Source: Dicyema japonicum | Lineage: Eukaryota > Animalia > Dicyemida | Length of the DNA: 64,000 nucleotides | Assembly (NCBI GenBank): GCA_011109175.1 | Contig: RDEW01000022.1 | Span: 229,834-293,833, forward strand | Direction: 5' to 3' | Shown here: piece after piece, positions 27,423 through 40,165 of the stretch | Position numbering within the stretch: the stretch's first letter is position 1 | Layout: each line of letters starts with the position of its first letter | Notes under the pieces: model-generated | Told to the model about the DNA's origin: nothing | Seen by the model: the letters and a program-made list of their open reading frames with translations, nothing else | The model's database searches: none | Translations under genes and position numbers: made by a program

Positions 27423-28020
27423 CAGTAGTTGCTAACCCGGGGTCCGCGGAGCCAGTTTTAGGGTTCTGCGAAATTTATTATATTTATTTAATAATAGTTT
27501 TTTATTATTAAAATATATTAAACATCCACGCTTATATTTTGTTTCTCTTTTGGGTAGTCAATTTTATAAGATTTTTAATGAGAAACAATAATTGCATAAG
27601 AGATTCCAAAAATATTCATAAAGGTTTTTTTATAATTATAATTTGTTGGAATACATTTAAAAATATCCAGATCTCAGAAAATATCTCAGAAAAGGCTATC
27701 GTAGCTATTTTCCAACGATATACTTATGCAACATTTTCCCCTCTGTAAATTCTACTACATATTATTCTTATCCCTTTTATTTGTTTGACCATCTTTTTCA
27801 GTTGGCATAGACTTAAACTTTTATAATATTTCGCATTGAACTGATTAGGATAAGGCTCCATTCACCTCAAAGGAAGCCTCCAAAGTCTGTTTCGCAACAT
27901 AAAACTATCTCAAACACCCATCCAGCTTCAAAGACACAAGTAACATCTTCGATGATGGCTGACAGAGAACACAAATTGGTTGGGGCAGCATGATTACCAA
28001 CATCATAGTTTACAGCAATA
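27423..28020. mobile_element. hAT/Buster fragments
   Basis: 27423-27580 is the reverse complement of the 12780-12917 hAT end; FPTIYLC on + strand and PQPICVLC on - strand. Confidence 0.7.
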
Positions 28021-28215
28021 GGATTTCTTGTGACGTCATTAAGTCTAGAGACGACTTGCCTGCCTCCACTATACTATTCTTGCTATTTGATTTTGCAGGA
28101 AAACCTTGGGATCTGTTTTCCTTAATCCAGTAAAAACATAGATGAGGACACCACAACAAATTATTTTTATCTAACCACAATAATTTATAGAAAGTAAAAT
28201 CAATTAATTTATTTA

Positions 28216-28800
28216 AATTGATTGAAGTTTCTGTTTTGTTCGTCTGTTCCTCTCTCTCTTCCTATTAGAGTGGCGTCATGTGATCCACCTACCATTCTCC
28301 CTGACCAAACCCTCTGATGAAGATTGCATTATGAAAACTATTCCGCTAAAGAATGAAGTGATGTCCGCGACGGTAGGAGGTGGGACAAAAATGAAAGAGG
28401 GCGGACCTTCTCCATTTTTTTCGGAAGCGGAAGCTTGTAATGAAGTATTGGAAGATGGATTTGGTCGGCACAAGCAGATGTTCTCCCTTTGGTTCCTTCC
28501 TTGGATAGTTAGTTATGACTGTTTGTGCTAAGCTTACAATGGTAAGCCTGGGGTTAATAATATTAATAATAATGTGATCCACCTGTCTAGGTGGCGCCCA
28601 GTGCCAGGCCAACACGAAAAAAATTATTTGCTCTCCCCCACTCCACTAAAGGATTTTCCACAACTGCAACTATGGACGTCTTTTACCCTTTATGTTGATT
28701 CCGGATAGACTTTTTCTTTAGAAGTGGAAACTGGATACACTTAATTAGTTGTTTACTTTAACTTGTTTCTCGGTATATCTGGGGTTAATAAATAAATAAA
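28216..28800 (+). mobile_element. Short bipartite non-autonomous retroelement (copy B), interrupted by an insertion
   Basis: Colinear with 30444-30735 once 28291-28584 is removed. Confidence 0.85.
28291..28571 (+). mobile_element. 5'-truncated retroposon of an unidentified family (family X) with 13-bp TSD
   Basis: TSD atgtgatccacct at 28278-28290 and 28572-28584; 3' hairpin GCTTAC/GTAAGC, then CTGGGG and TAA-rich tail; similar to 42870-43115 and 47890-48045. Confidence 0.85.
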
Positions 28801-29221
28801 ATACTTGGTATATTGAGAAAGATGCTGCCTGTTGGTTATCCCTTCTCAATAGGCTTCTCATCTTTACTCGGTATTCCTATATAGATCACACGAACGAGAG
28901 TTATTTGGTCTTGCTACGGGCAGATGCTCTCGTAAAATAAACAATTCGCCTGTTTTTTTAACAAAAACCTCGAATGGGATTGGATCTGTTGCAGAACTGG
29001 AAAACGTTTGTAACTGATTACAAATTCTTCGTACATGTTCGGTTCATAGGTTGGGTATATAAGGAACTCAGTTGTGAGAAACTCATTTTATCTTTATTTC
29101 AATATTTATTTATCAAAATAGTTATTATTTTGATGATATAATCATAGTTGATTAGATTACAAATTATTGATCATAAAGTCTATATAAATGAACGATTTTG
29201 TACATATTCTGTGAATTAACC

Positions 29222-29834
29222 ATGGATGATCAAACATATTATTGCCAAAATTGCAATGTGCCCGTCCGAGACTGTTTTTGCGATGACAGAACAATGTCAG
29301 TAGTGGAGGATCACTGTCGAATGTGTAATGTGCCAATCCGAGATGTTTCTGCGATGACAGAACGATTTCAGTAGTGGGAGATCACTGCCGAATGTGTAAT
29401 GTGCCAATCCGAGATTGTTTCTGTGATGACAGAACGATTTCAGTAGTGGGAGATCATTGCCGAACATGTAATGTGCCAATCCGAGATTGTTTCTGCGATG
29501 ACAGAACAATTTCAGTAGTGGAGGATCATTGTCGAACATGTAATGTGCCAATTCGAGATTGTTTCTGTGATGATAGAACAATTTCAGTAGTGGGAGATCA
29601 TTGCCGAACATGTAATGTGCCAATCCGAGACTGTTTCTGCGACGACAGAACAATTTCAGTAGCAGAGGATCATTGCCGAACGTGTAATGTGCCAATCCGA
29701 GATTGTTTCTGCGACGACAGAACAATTTCAGTAGCAGAGGATTACTGTCGAATTTGCAATGTGCCAGTCTCTGATTGCCATGTGATGACAGAACAGTTTC
29801 AGTAGACGGAGAAATAACATGGTTAGAGGACTAA
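29222..29834 (+). CDS. Cys-rich tandem-repeat protein, 8 x 24 aa, CxxCxxPxxxCxC; two 1-nt deletions
   Basis: TATAAA at ~29183 and ATG at 29222. Units DHCRTCNVPIRDCFCDDRTISVVE vary mostly at synonymous sites. Restoring one base at ~29345 and one at ~29781 gives a single ORF ending DGEITWLED*. Confidence 0.65.
29243..29805 (+). repeat. 72-bp tandem repeat, about 8 units
   Basis: Periodic aatgtgccaatccgagattgtttctg(c/t)gatgacagaac. Confidence 0.95.
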
Positions 29835-30443
29835 TTAATACTAGTTCGTGTGGTAAACCTGGATGCGACATTGATCGGAGGTGGGATGCAATCATAAAGT
29901 AAACTCCAATTTGATTCAATTATATTATTTTAAGAATTTAGAAACACCTCTTAGGGGACTAACAAAATTCGTATCAATTTTATGATTACGTTTAGCTTTA
30001 TGGAAGTCCGGAAAAAAAAGATGATAAATAAACAAGACTACGATTGTATGTTCATTAATTATTTTATAGAAATCGAAACGATTATTATTTGGTTAGTTTT
30101 AATGGAATTTCTTTATTGGAGTATTATTAGCAACATTTAAGGATATTTCAATCATTTATCGCATAAAATACATTTAGAACAACGGAAGGGTGAGTCTAGA
30201 ATGACGCGATGGTTCTTCTATAACATTGGGCTGGCGATCATGAGGGTATCTCCAATTGCATACTCGATCCGGACAGTCATTGAACTTGTCATAATTTTAT
30301 TTTAATAATTTTTTTCATTTTATCATTAAATAACTTTTAAATACGAAAATAAAATATTAAAAAAAAACAAAATAATAAAAACTTATACTAATAATAATAA
30401 AACTAGTAAAGAGATAAATTTTGCCGCGTGGTGCTTTGTGGAT

Positions 30444-30735
30444 AATTGGCTTAAGTTTCTGTTTGTTCGTCCGTTCCTTCTCTCTCTTCCTATTAGAGTG
30501 GCGTCATGTGATCCACCTGTTTAGGTGGCGCCCAGTGCCAGGCCGGCACGAAAAAGGATCATTTGCTTTTTCCCACTCCACTGGAGGGGTTTCCACAACT
30601 GCATGTAATGGACGTCTTACCTTTTATGCTGATTCCGGATGGACTCTTTCTGTAAAAGTGGAAACTGGATACACTTAATTAGTTGTTTACTTTAACTTCT
30701 TTCTCTGTGTATCCGGGGTTAATAAATAAATAATA
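30444..30735 (+). mobile_element. Short bipartite non-autonomous retroelement (copy A, intact; RIME/NARTc-like)
   Basis: 5' part matches the LINE 5' region at 63830-63945; 3' part is the family stem (GGATACAC/GTGTATCC), GGGG and (TAAA)n. Confidence 0.85.
30500..30561 (+). ncRNA. HDV-ribozyme-like pseudoknot (atypical)
   Basis: P1 GGCGTC/GGCGCC, P2 TGATCC/GGATCA, P3 ACC/GGT, P4 TGCC/GGCA, then C-G-A-A; covaries with 63883-63943. Confidence 0.6.
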
Positions 30736-30764
30736 TGTTAGCTGCAGGAAATGGACATCACACA

Positions 30765-31430
30765 AAAAGAACTGCGGTCAACACCACGAATAAAATTGTA
30801 TGACTCCCCGCTTCCCATTAAGAAGACCCTTTTAATCCTTGGAGTCATCCTGTATCCTCTCCTCAGATTCATTCATCAAGTGGACCTAGTAACCGCGAAG
30901 ATCAAAAGAAAATTGGAATTCTCAAGGCTTTCACTCACTATCCAGTATCTTCCCGCCTATCGTTAGAGCTTCAATACAAACAATTTGTTCTACCTAGTAT
31001 CGACTACACCTGTGTTGCATGGATTGCCCCCTTATCAATATCGGCACAGAGCAAGTTGGAAGTTTTACAAAACCGATGTCTCAGAATACTACTGAGATCA
31101 TCGAAAAAGACGTCTACTTTGTTACTACGGAGAACACTAAACGTCCCTCCAATCATGGAATACCTTACGGAACTTCACAGGTACTTCCTCAAGATGGCAA
31201 AGTCCCCTGACCATCCCCTCGGACCGGACATCAAACTATATATTGATGCCTGCCCGAGATATGAGAAGAAACTTTCCCCGCTGTGGAGATTAATTCTGGA
31301 CTCCAAAACTAACCGCAGGAAAAGTTATGGTATGCACACCGAGATCACTTAATTAGACGATAACTTTCATCCTCTTTCTTGTGATTTCTGGGTTAATAAA
31401 ATAAATATAAAATAAAATAAGAAATAAAAA
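30765..31430 (+). mobile_element. 5'-truncated LINE
   Basis: LILGVIL, QYKQFVLP, LEVLQNRCLR; ends HTEIT* with stem and (TAAAA)n. Confidence 0.85.
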
Positions 31431-32065
31431 TGTTGGCAACAAAGATATTTAAAAATGTTTGAACTGATCTCTTATTCTTTGAAATCGGTTATTTCGAGGA
31501 GACTGGAGAGCTGACAGGCAAGGAAGGTTGTAGACTGTTGCCTAAACTTACACGATACTTTGTCACGTGCTTTCAAAATGACTTAGTAATATGTGATTCG
31601 ATAGTTCTATCGCATCATCTCCAATCATACAAAATTCACTTTGATAGAATAAGAGTTTAGTTCTGTTCGTTCTCGAAAATTAACTACTTTATTGCTGTCC
31701 TCGACTCAGTTAGTTTCTCTATTTTCTGTTGATTTGATGACTTTTTGCTGGTTCCACCAGTTTATTAAAAAACTGAGATTTTTTTACACCAAAGACTTCA
31801 ATATATGTATTTCTAATTGTTTTCTGAGGAGACTATATCTTAGAGTTCATGGATTTCCCGTACCCTTAATGGCTATACCTCAAAACTTGTAACTCCTTAA
31901 TATGAATGAATTTTGATGGCAGTCGAGATCCTTATTCTCTGTCACTTCCACATTAAAGTTATAATCAAACAAGGCATCAATCTGGTGAATGGTACTCGTT
32001 GGCCACTTCACAATTTGGCAAATCTTTAGCGGTTAACACCTCTAAGAAGAGGGGTGATTTCAATT

Positions 32066-32330
32066 TATTATTATTTAGCAAAAAAATCACCATGATAATT
32101 AACTAATTCTGGGGAAGGCGTCATCAGGTGATCCCTGCCTCTCTCAGTATTGACTTCAACTTTTCTCGATATTTATCTCTGGAACCGATGCAATCTATGT
32201 AAGCCCGTTTTATAAGCTATTTTTCACGTTGGGGCATTTAGCACCTGACTTCATCACGAGGTCCTTAAAAGGGATTGCACGTTTTCAGAAATTTGGTCAG
32301 CGAGTTTCAAGTTTTGTTATAATTTTTTTA
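32066..32330 (-). mobile_element. LINE 3' end fragment
   Basis: YIDCIGSRDKYREKLKSILREAGIT* with stem GGGATCACC/GGTGATTTT and tail. Confidence 0.75.
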
Positions 32331-33319
32331 AACAAAATCTTACAAATGAAAAGTTATTTAAGTGAACATGGCCACTAGCTCAGTGGGGGTGGCTAATCGA
32401 ACTATGCTTAATTTTATTTTGTCAATCAGCATTTCTCTGTTCTAGAAAAAAAATCTTTATGTCTTGTGACAAACGTTTGAACGATCACTAATTCCACAAT
32501 GTCATGGAGTAATGGAAAGAACCCGACAATACAAAGATAGACACCTTTTCGGGCATTTCTTTGTGTTTATGACTATTTTGTTACATCACAATGTCTCATA
32601 TTTTTTTATTACCAAGATCGCTAGTTAAAGAAAAAATGCCTTACAACTGAAGTTACCGTTGACTTATTTTTCGACGTATCGGGGGTGTATAATAAAAATT
32701 AACTATAAAGTCAATTTTAAATAATGATTGCCATCAAATAATATGAAACATTATTGGTCAAGTGTGCTCGGCAGGATGCCTGATGTTTCCTAGTTCGAAT
32801 TTCCCTGCCGTACATTCTGGTGTAGGTTCCACGCATATACGATGCTTCGGCTTGACGAGTGACGCCGCCATCAGTCAACATTTCATATCGTCTATAAAGG
32901 ACATACACGCAGCAAAAAGAAGTGAAGAGCATTCCTCGGATCTCACTCTACGATTAGCTATCATAACTGTTCTTAAATAAAGAGAGGAGTTATAGCTAAT
33001 AACTTCTCTGTTGTATCGCTCTAAAAAAGGGATATCTCCTCAACTTAAATTGTAATCGACTCAAAATAGAATTTATATCACAAAGGGTTTAAGAAAAGCT
33101 TATCGGTAAAATTTAACGTCTTATGTAACATAGATATGGCAACTTGTTTTTCAGCACCAATGGAAGCACAAAGATGGCGGAGTCAGGCCAATAGGAAGAG
33201 GAATTGATGGGTGGTTTGGTTTCTTCAAATAGAGTGAATCAGGGATTTATTCCATTGCGACCCGATCTTGTTTCCCTTGAGTTTCTTAATCACTCCAGCT
33301 TCTCTAACAATAAAGGCCC

Positions 33320-34393
33320 GTTAATATCTGAGCAGAGTAGCAGAATCAGAGAAAATCTCTTTAAGATGGAAGATACACCTATACAAGGGTGAGTGTTCCA
33401 AGAGTCTGTTCGCACTTTTAAATATCCAAGCGAATCTAAGAGAAGTAACAGCGTAATTCATTTTCAAGACTGGCTTCAAAATGGCTATAGACGATATGAG
33501 CATGGATAGCTTCCGATATTTTAACTCCAAGAGTGAGACCAAGACACGGGAAAGGAGTCAGTTCTTCTCGGTTCGTGCGTGAGAATCTCCACAAATTAGT
33601 AGAATCAGTTATGGAGTCGTATAGGTGAGAAGGGGAGTAGACCTCGCATCTAAGATTGTCATAAATCGACAAACTTTCGATTCCAAATGTGGATGATCGA
33701 CTGAGTGTGCGTTCTTCAATATGTGTCGCCTCCTTTTTATGGAAGGCTGACTTTATTTCTTGCGGCCACGTAACAGTAGAGTCGCTCTTTCTCAAAACGC
33801 ATAATGGCGACCTCTGCTTTGGATTTCACAGAAGAAAGAAAAAATTCCCGAGGAAGACATCCGAATTTGTAGCATGAACCATCCGTTTTTTACGAGGAGA
33901 CATATTGTCTTATCAACTGATTCTCCATTGCAAGAGAATCAGACTTGATGACGGTTACTTAACGGAATCAAAGCTTTCGTCGCCAAGAGCATAAGGTTAT
34001 GACTAAATTAATGTTGGTTAAATAATGTCAATTTATAAGAGAATATTTGGTGATTAATCGACTATTTTGGCTGTAATTCTCACTAAAATAATTATCAATG
34101 TACCAAAGCTAGTGGTGTGGAATGCCCTCTTGTAATATTCTAAAATTTTATGATTTAAGTTCTGCGATAAATGCATAAATTACTAATTCTGAACTCTTGA
34201 GCTGGTTCCTTTGTCTGTCAACTTCATTATGGTAGTAAATTTCTTTTAAGGGATTTAGGATAGGGGTGTTTACAGTATTATGCCATACATATCGCTCATT
34301 CTTTTGTCCACAATAGTTTGATAAATTTTCTGGTCCCCCGCGAATTCTTGGATATCGGGTACTATTCATATATTGGCTATATAATATCACCAT
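33320..34393 (-). other. Hypothetical micro-intron-containing gene or pseudogene
   Basis: ATG at 34393 after an AT-rich spacer; 21-22-nt GT-AG segments at ~34161-34182 and ~34084-34104; downstream frames are broken. Confidence 0.25.
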
Positions 34394-34479
34394 GGTATTT
34401 ATTATTAATATTTATTTTATTAAAATGTTATTAAATAAATAAAAAATAATTAGTTTATATAATTTTAAATTAACAAAAT

Positions 34480-34750
34480 AACATCCATCTCATTGTTGAG
34501 GATTACACTAAATGTCACAAAGGTTTGAAACATCTCGCGGAAAGACAGCACAACTTACTAAAAATTGCGAGGTCTTCTTGCCTACCAGGAGTATGCTCGC
34601 AAATTTGAAAACAAATCTTATCCCTTTTGGACACTCGTAAAGACTCCAGAGAAAGTCTGAAAAGATGGAGATGCACAGACACGGAGATCATTTAATTTAG
34701 ACGATAACTTTTCCTCTTTCCTGTATTCCCGGGGTTATAATAATAATCCT
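34480..34750 (+). mobile_element. LINE 3' end fragment
   Basis: Related to 8822-9100 and 31200-31400; family stem-loop and (TAA)n. Confidence 0.7.
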
Positions 34751-35142
34751 AAATTAAATAATAATAATTTTAACACATCAACCTTATTTATGATACACCC
34801 AATGCCTGGCTGAGATTCAAAAGGATCCATCTTTTCATTCCACCGGGAGACAATTTCGTCCCCTCTGGCGACGAGTTCTGCCTTCAATCTCCACTTACTT
34901 GTACAATATTTTTTAGATCACTGTGCCTTGATGAGGAATTTACTGGAACGCTTCAGGATCACGGACTTGGATAGTTTGGTTTACCCTTGGTCTTTGGAAT
35001 AATTTCATTCACTTATCCCCGCAGCTAATTGATTATTTATTTACATAATAGAAGTGTTGCCTCAATGGAGATCACCTGGGGGAGCCACTGGGTTTCGCGA
35101 ACTTCCGAGTGTAGTCAGTTGTCTCTAAAGACAGAATAAAAG

Positions 35143-35879
35143 TTATTTAATTGTAAAACGAATCAAATCAACATTTATATAATCTATTTTCTTCCTATGA
35201 AATGAATACTGTTTGGGGACATCAAAATGATACGAATCAACCAACAAAGAATCGATGCCAATTGCACGTGCCTTATTCATAATAGTCTACAAATTAGACA
35301 CACATAGACATTCCTACTTGCTGTTTTATGGAGAGAATAAACAGGTCCTCGGCATATTTTAAAGGCAGCCTCCACAAACTTCATATCAATCCCTAAGACT
35401 AAGCCATAATAAACCAGAACACCCACGTGTCCCATAAGGGGGATTCATTACGACAGTATCAATGGGAAGTCCGTAAGGAAATAGTTTTCCCAGAGAACAA
35501 ACATCGCAGTTGAACAACTCTACAACATCCTGTATATCAAAGTACGAGATGTTCCTGTTACATATTGTTAATGCAGAATGGTCAACATCAAACGAATAAA
35601 TAAATCTAATTTACAACAAAAATCACTTTGAATTTGAGAGAGCACATGCTGTAGTCAGCATTCCAGAACCACAACCAAGATCACCAATGCTCTTATCGAC
35701 AATGTCATTAAATCCAATTTGAATTGTAGAGATAATTTGAGCTAATAATTTAAAGTTGAAATACCAGCAATATGTGCTGTCGTAAAGTATTGTTCGAGTG
35801 ATAGAACTGGATTTTCAAATGGCTCAACTTGTTGGAGATAAGATTGTAACTGCTTTACATTTATAGCTTTACCACTCAT
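35143..35879 (-). CDS. METTL5: 18S rRNA N6-adenosine methyltransferase METTL5 (4 introns, 21-24 nt)
   Basis: Spliced translation contains LQQVEPFENPVLSLEQY, DLGCGSGML, DTVVMNPPYGT, GIDMKF, VYSLHKT and FHRKK..INVDLIRF*. Confidence 0.93.
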
Positions 35880-37904
35880 CAACGTGCTTTTTATATTTTA
35901 TTTATTATTATTTATTTATTTAATTTCAATAGTTTTAATTTAAAATATTGGGTTTGTGTGGTAGTCATGTGGCTTTATCTCACGTGTGTTTTTATTGTCT
36001 TATAATTCGGCTCTCTAAACGTGCATGGTATAAATGATATGAAAGAACATCAACTGTCAAAAAATTACTAGATGATACTAAAGTGGTCTCACGGCCACAA
36101 CGGATCACAGAATAGCTGTTGCTCACTTCTTCAAGAAGCATATCTTTAGAAGAATCTGGTGTATTATGAAATTAGTGTAGAATGATACGAGGTCGCCTTC
36201 GAACAAAGAGCCTTAAGAAGATATATATTTCACAAAGTGATGAACGGAGTCGATCACTGCAATCAACAATGTTGCAAGATGAGTTATTTGGACCACAGAC
36301 CCAAAGAATCAAAAAATTGGCATATCATAACTTAGACAGAAGATGTTGATCCTATAAGTGATTGACTCTAACAAATCTTGAATGATGTTCGCTTTGCTGT
36401 AAAAATAGGTACTGCAAAACTCGTCTCCCAGGACGATTTAATGTCTCCAATTTTGTTTATAACATACCCAGAAATTTTCCTAACTGATTTGATAATAAAA
36501 TTTGGAATTGATTTGAGACCATGATAGTCCCGTATATATACTAAACAACTCGTTACCTTCTTCCACATTATATTATTAGCACTTTAGGGAAATGGATGGG
36601 TTCTTATTTACGAGGCCTTGACTATGTATACATTTCTGCTTGCCATCCTTTGCAGATCCGACAAATTAACTTATTCATTGTCCTCTGTTTCGTGCCTTTT
36701 TCAGAAATTGTTTAGGTCTTCTTGAAAGTGGAATTTAGCGTTAATTCAGAGGTGTCAAGGTTAATTAGAATCGCTCTCAATTACAAAATAAGTAAGGTGG
36801 ATACTATTGGTGGTTTACGAAGATTTCTATTTTCTGTGAAAACGAAAGAGTGAGGAAAAGCAAAAAAATGTACATTTTGGAATTGTAGAATTTAGGGAAA
36901 TTGAAATTAGGTTAGTTACATGCTATTTGAGTTTGATTAAAAACGACGCCCTTCTCGTCTTAGAGCATTAGAATTTGTCGTTCTGTCATTCATGCCTTCG
37001 ACGACCATAGGGCGAGTCACTTATACCCTGACCCTCCCTCAATTTTCCCGACATATTAGATCACTTTATCAGATTTGTAAGAGTGGTCGTCTTTTACGTT
37101 TTCGTTAGCACCAGCTTCCTTCATTTGGGGGATCTGGGTTAAATCGATAAAGCTGCCAACCTCCCATTTCATTTCCTCTACTCTCTTCTCGTTCAGATTA
37201 GAGATAGTGGATTAGGTGAATTCCCCGGTAGTTTTGACTCTCGACAAACATACTTGAGTTCATAAAAACCGTAATTTTATCCCCTCATCACCACATCGAT
37301 GTATTATAAAAGAATTATCTATAAAAGCGGGATTCGACTTTACGTGCTTCTTATACGACCTTTGTTAAAAAGTTCAAGTTTCTGGTGTCTCCTGACTTTG
37401 TCACCTCGTCCGTACTATCGAGAAGAGGGAAAATATTGATTTTTATCTACCATGAAACAAAATAGACATTATGTACAATAGAGATTCGCCACCACCTCAA
37501 CGATGAGAATTACTATCTTTTACGTAAGCACTTCCTCGTTTTGTGGTGCTTTTTCAACAAAACTTACGAAATCATCGTCTAACCATCGAATTGTAATAAA
37601 AACTAATTTTAAATTTATTAAACTGTATAATATTCATGAAACTTAAATATTCAGGATTTTACAAGGGAAACTGAAAATGTAGTACAACCCCGCCCCAATA
37701 AAACCACGGCTTGGGGCATCCTCTGTATTCTGGGGACCCTCTATATATGGGACACTTTTTTTTATAAAGTTCATTATGTTATGAGAGTTTATTTAATTTC
37801 CGACCAATAGAATAATAAAAATCATCGACCCCGCCTATTGGAGCATTTTTATTAAATAAAAAAATTTATTTATTATTCTATTCAACAATAAAATATTATT
37901 CTGC

Positions 37905-39250
37905 TGAAACACTTGGGCCCAGCATCAATAAATGCATTAACAATCATCTACAACACATCGCTGAACATAAATACCATACCGACTTTATGGAAACTATCAA
38001 AAATTCGACCAATATTGAAGCCGGGAAGACCGAAGAACGATCCCGGCTCTTACAGACCAGTTTCCCTTATATGTGTTTTGTCGAGGATCCTGGAGAAACT
38101 GGTCCTAAAAGTTATTCGCCCTTCTCTCCCACAACCTACATTCCAACATGGCTTCAAGGAAGGATTATCAACAACCTCCTTCCTAACAACATTAATGAAG
38201 TTCATAACTGAAGGACACAAAAACAAGCCAAAAACAGGAAAAATCGGTCATATGTACGATCGACATTCAAAAAGCTTTCGACTCTGTCCCAAGGAAGATC
38301 CTCATACGAAAAATATTTTTGACAAAAATTGATGCACCACTAAAGTTATGGTTAGCAAATTTCGTAAGTGGACGCCGAGGGAAAGTGTCCGTCGGAAACA
38401 AGAGTTCCAGATCGGGATTATTACCCAATGGTGTACCCCAAGGATCTCCTTTGTCACCAATCCTCTTTAATTTATTTTTGAGTGATCTCCCCGTACCTAT
38501 GAATAATAATGACATGCTACTTTCCTATGCCGATGACATAGTTGTCGCATCTAGGGACGTAAATGTCGAACATGCTAAAGAAAGACTACAAGGAATACTA
38601 AATAACATATATGGATGGTTGTGCGAAAATCGATTAAATGCATGTTCCGAAAAGTCAGCAGTCACTCTATTTACTAAGAATAGAAAGATGGGAACGCAAA
38701 CAATTGATGTCACGTTAAATGGAGTACCTATACCACAAAAGAAATCGCAGAAGATACTGGGAGTAACTTTTGATACTTTCCTCTGCTTCTCAGCCCATGT
38801 GGAATCTATCATATCAACCTGTGCAAAGAAGATCAATTTTGTAAAGGCCTTCCTTTGGAACTGTGGAGGAATTTATCCGCCAGGTATCGGGACCCTCTAC
38901 AAGCAGTATGTCGAGCCAACAATAGGCTATGCATGTGCTGCATGGGGATCTAACCTGTCGGCAACGAACCTAACAAAAATTCAAGAGATCCAGTCAAGAG
39001 CAAAAAATTACTAGAAAAATATACAGATAAAGAAATTGCCCCCAGAGCACTCGAGTCTATCATAGAGGCAACTGGAGGCAATTTCAGAAGAGGAAAGGAA
39101 AAAGACCCTCGTCCGTATAGAAAATGCGTGGGATCATGGTCGGAGCATCGAGAAAAAATGGCCCGATTATTGAGAGATGCCGGGATCACCTGAATATTAG
39201 TTATTGGTTAAGACGGTGTTTCTTTGGCTTAAATAATAATAATAATTAAC
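37905..39250 (+). mobile_element. APE-type LINE RT domain and 3' end
   Basis: ILKPG..SYRPVSL, QHGF, NGVPQGSPLSP, YADD, ILGVTFD, YACAAW; ends LLRDAGIT* with stem and (TAA)n. Confidence 0.92.
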
Positions 39251-39254
39251 TATG

Positions 39255-40165
39255 GGGGAGAGCGACATTACATAGTAAGCGTTTCCGTGGACAACTGCGA
39301 TCCCAATTCGTTGCCTCAACCAGACTGCTTCCCGCACGTCTTTCTTACGGAGGGCCAATTTCCCCCCGATTTCCTTAGGAAATTGGCTGTAATTCTACCG
39401 GGCGCACCAGACGTCTCGATTGCCACCGGTAAAAAACAATAGCGGTCTCCAATTTCGCCATATTTTTAATCTTGATTTTCTTGGAGTATTATCGAGTTCG
39501 AGAAAGAATCCACAACAGTGCAGTCCCATATTAGCGATTTTCCCTCGATGAACGGATAGATAGTTAACCCATCCGGTCTTTTCCCGTCTCCGCGGTCCAA
39601 TCCCACGGGCTCCAGTACTTCAAGAGCACGCATGACAATGTTGTTCATAGCAGCATGGCGGAGTGCTCTGCCCGCACTCCTTTTGCACGAGAGCGGATGC
39701 AGCCCATTGGCATCGACGATTCATCCACAACGACATTGATGTTCGACGCAAACATCAACTCCCACGCGTTTTGCGATCTCAGTCATCGTCCAATAGGGTC
39801 CCCAGGGAGGAACACGGGAGTGCATCCAGCCACGCTCCGCTCCCATGGTTGGCGGCGGACACGAGGCATGCAAGACGATTCTGGTTGACCTCAGACTTTA
39901 GCACGTTGATGATATTCTTGGTTGAGAGCGATGACACATATGCTGCAAGAGACCTGAAGGTCACTAGTTCTAATCCCGATACTGCACATTTCGGTTGAAG
40001 GTTCCACGCATCAATATGCTTTGGCTTGACGAGTGACGCCGTCATCAGTGAACTTCACTGCGGAACAGGATCGTCTATAAAGGACATACACCAAAAAAAA
40101 AACGAAGAGCATTCCTTGATCTTCTCTCGATTAGCTATTATAACTGTTCTTTGCTTTAAATAAAG
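39255..40165 (-). mobile_element. CRE-like retrotransposon 3' fragment (endonuclease)
   Basis: [41 protein letters not shown]; its 5' part recurs at 32760-32985. Confidence 0.85.

Noticed and set aside
28313-28345. CTGATGA...GAAA hammerhead look-alike in family X
   Set aside because: No stem II, and the motif is absent from the other two copies
29297-29725. 142-aa minus-strand repeat ORF
   Set aside because: Antisense shadow; unit variation is synonymous on the + strand
29243-29805. 72-bp array as a CRISPR array
   Set aside because: No unique spacers, units vary synonymously in frame, eukaryotic context, no cas genes
32371-32400. tRNA A-box-like TAGCTCAGTGG
   Set aside because: No B-box or cloverleaf follows
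40005-40050. Hammerhead-like CTGATGA...AAAG on the - strand (also ~32835-32875)
   Set aside because: No GAAA or UH core in either copy, and the segment translates as CRE coding sequence (ASLV..W..L)
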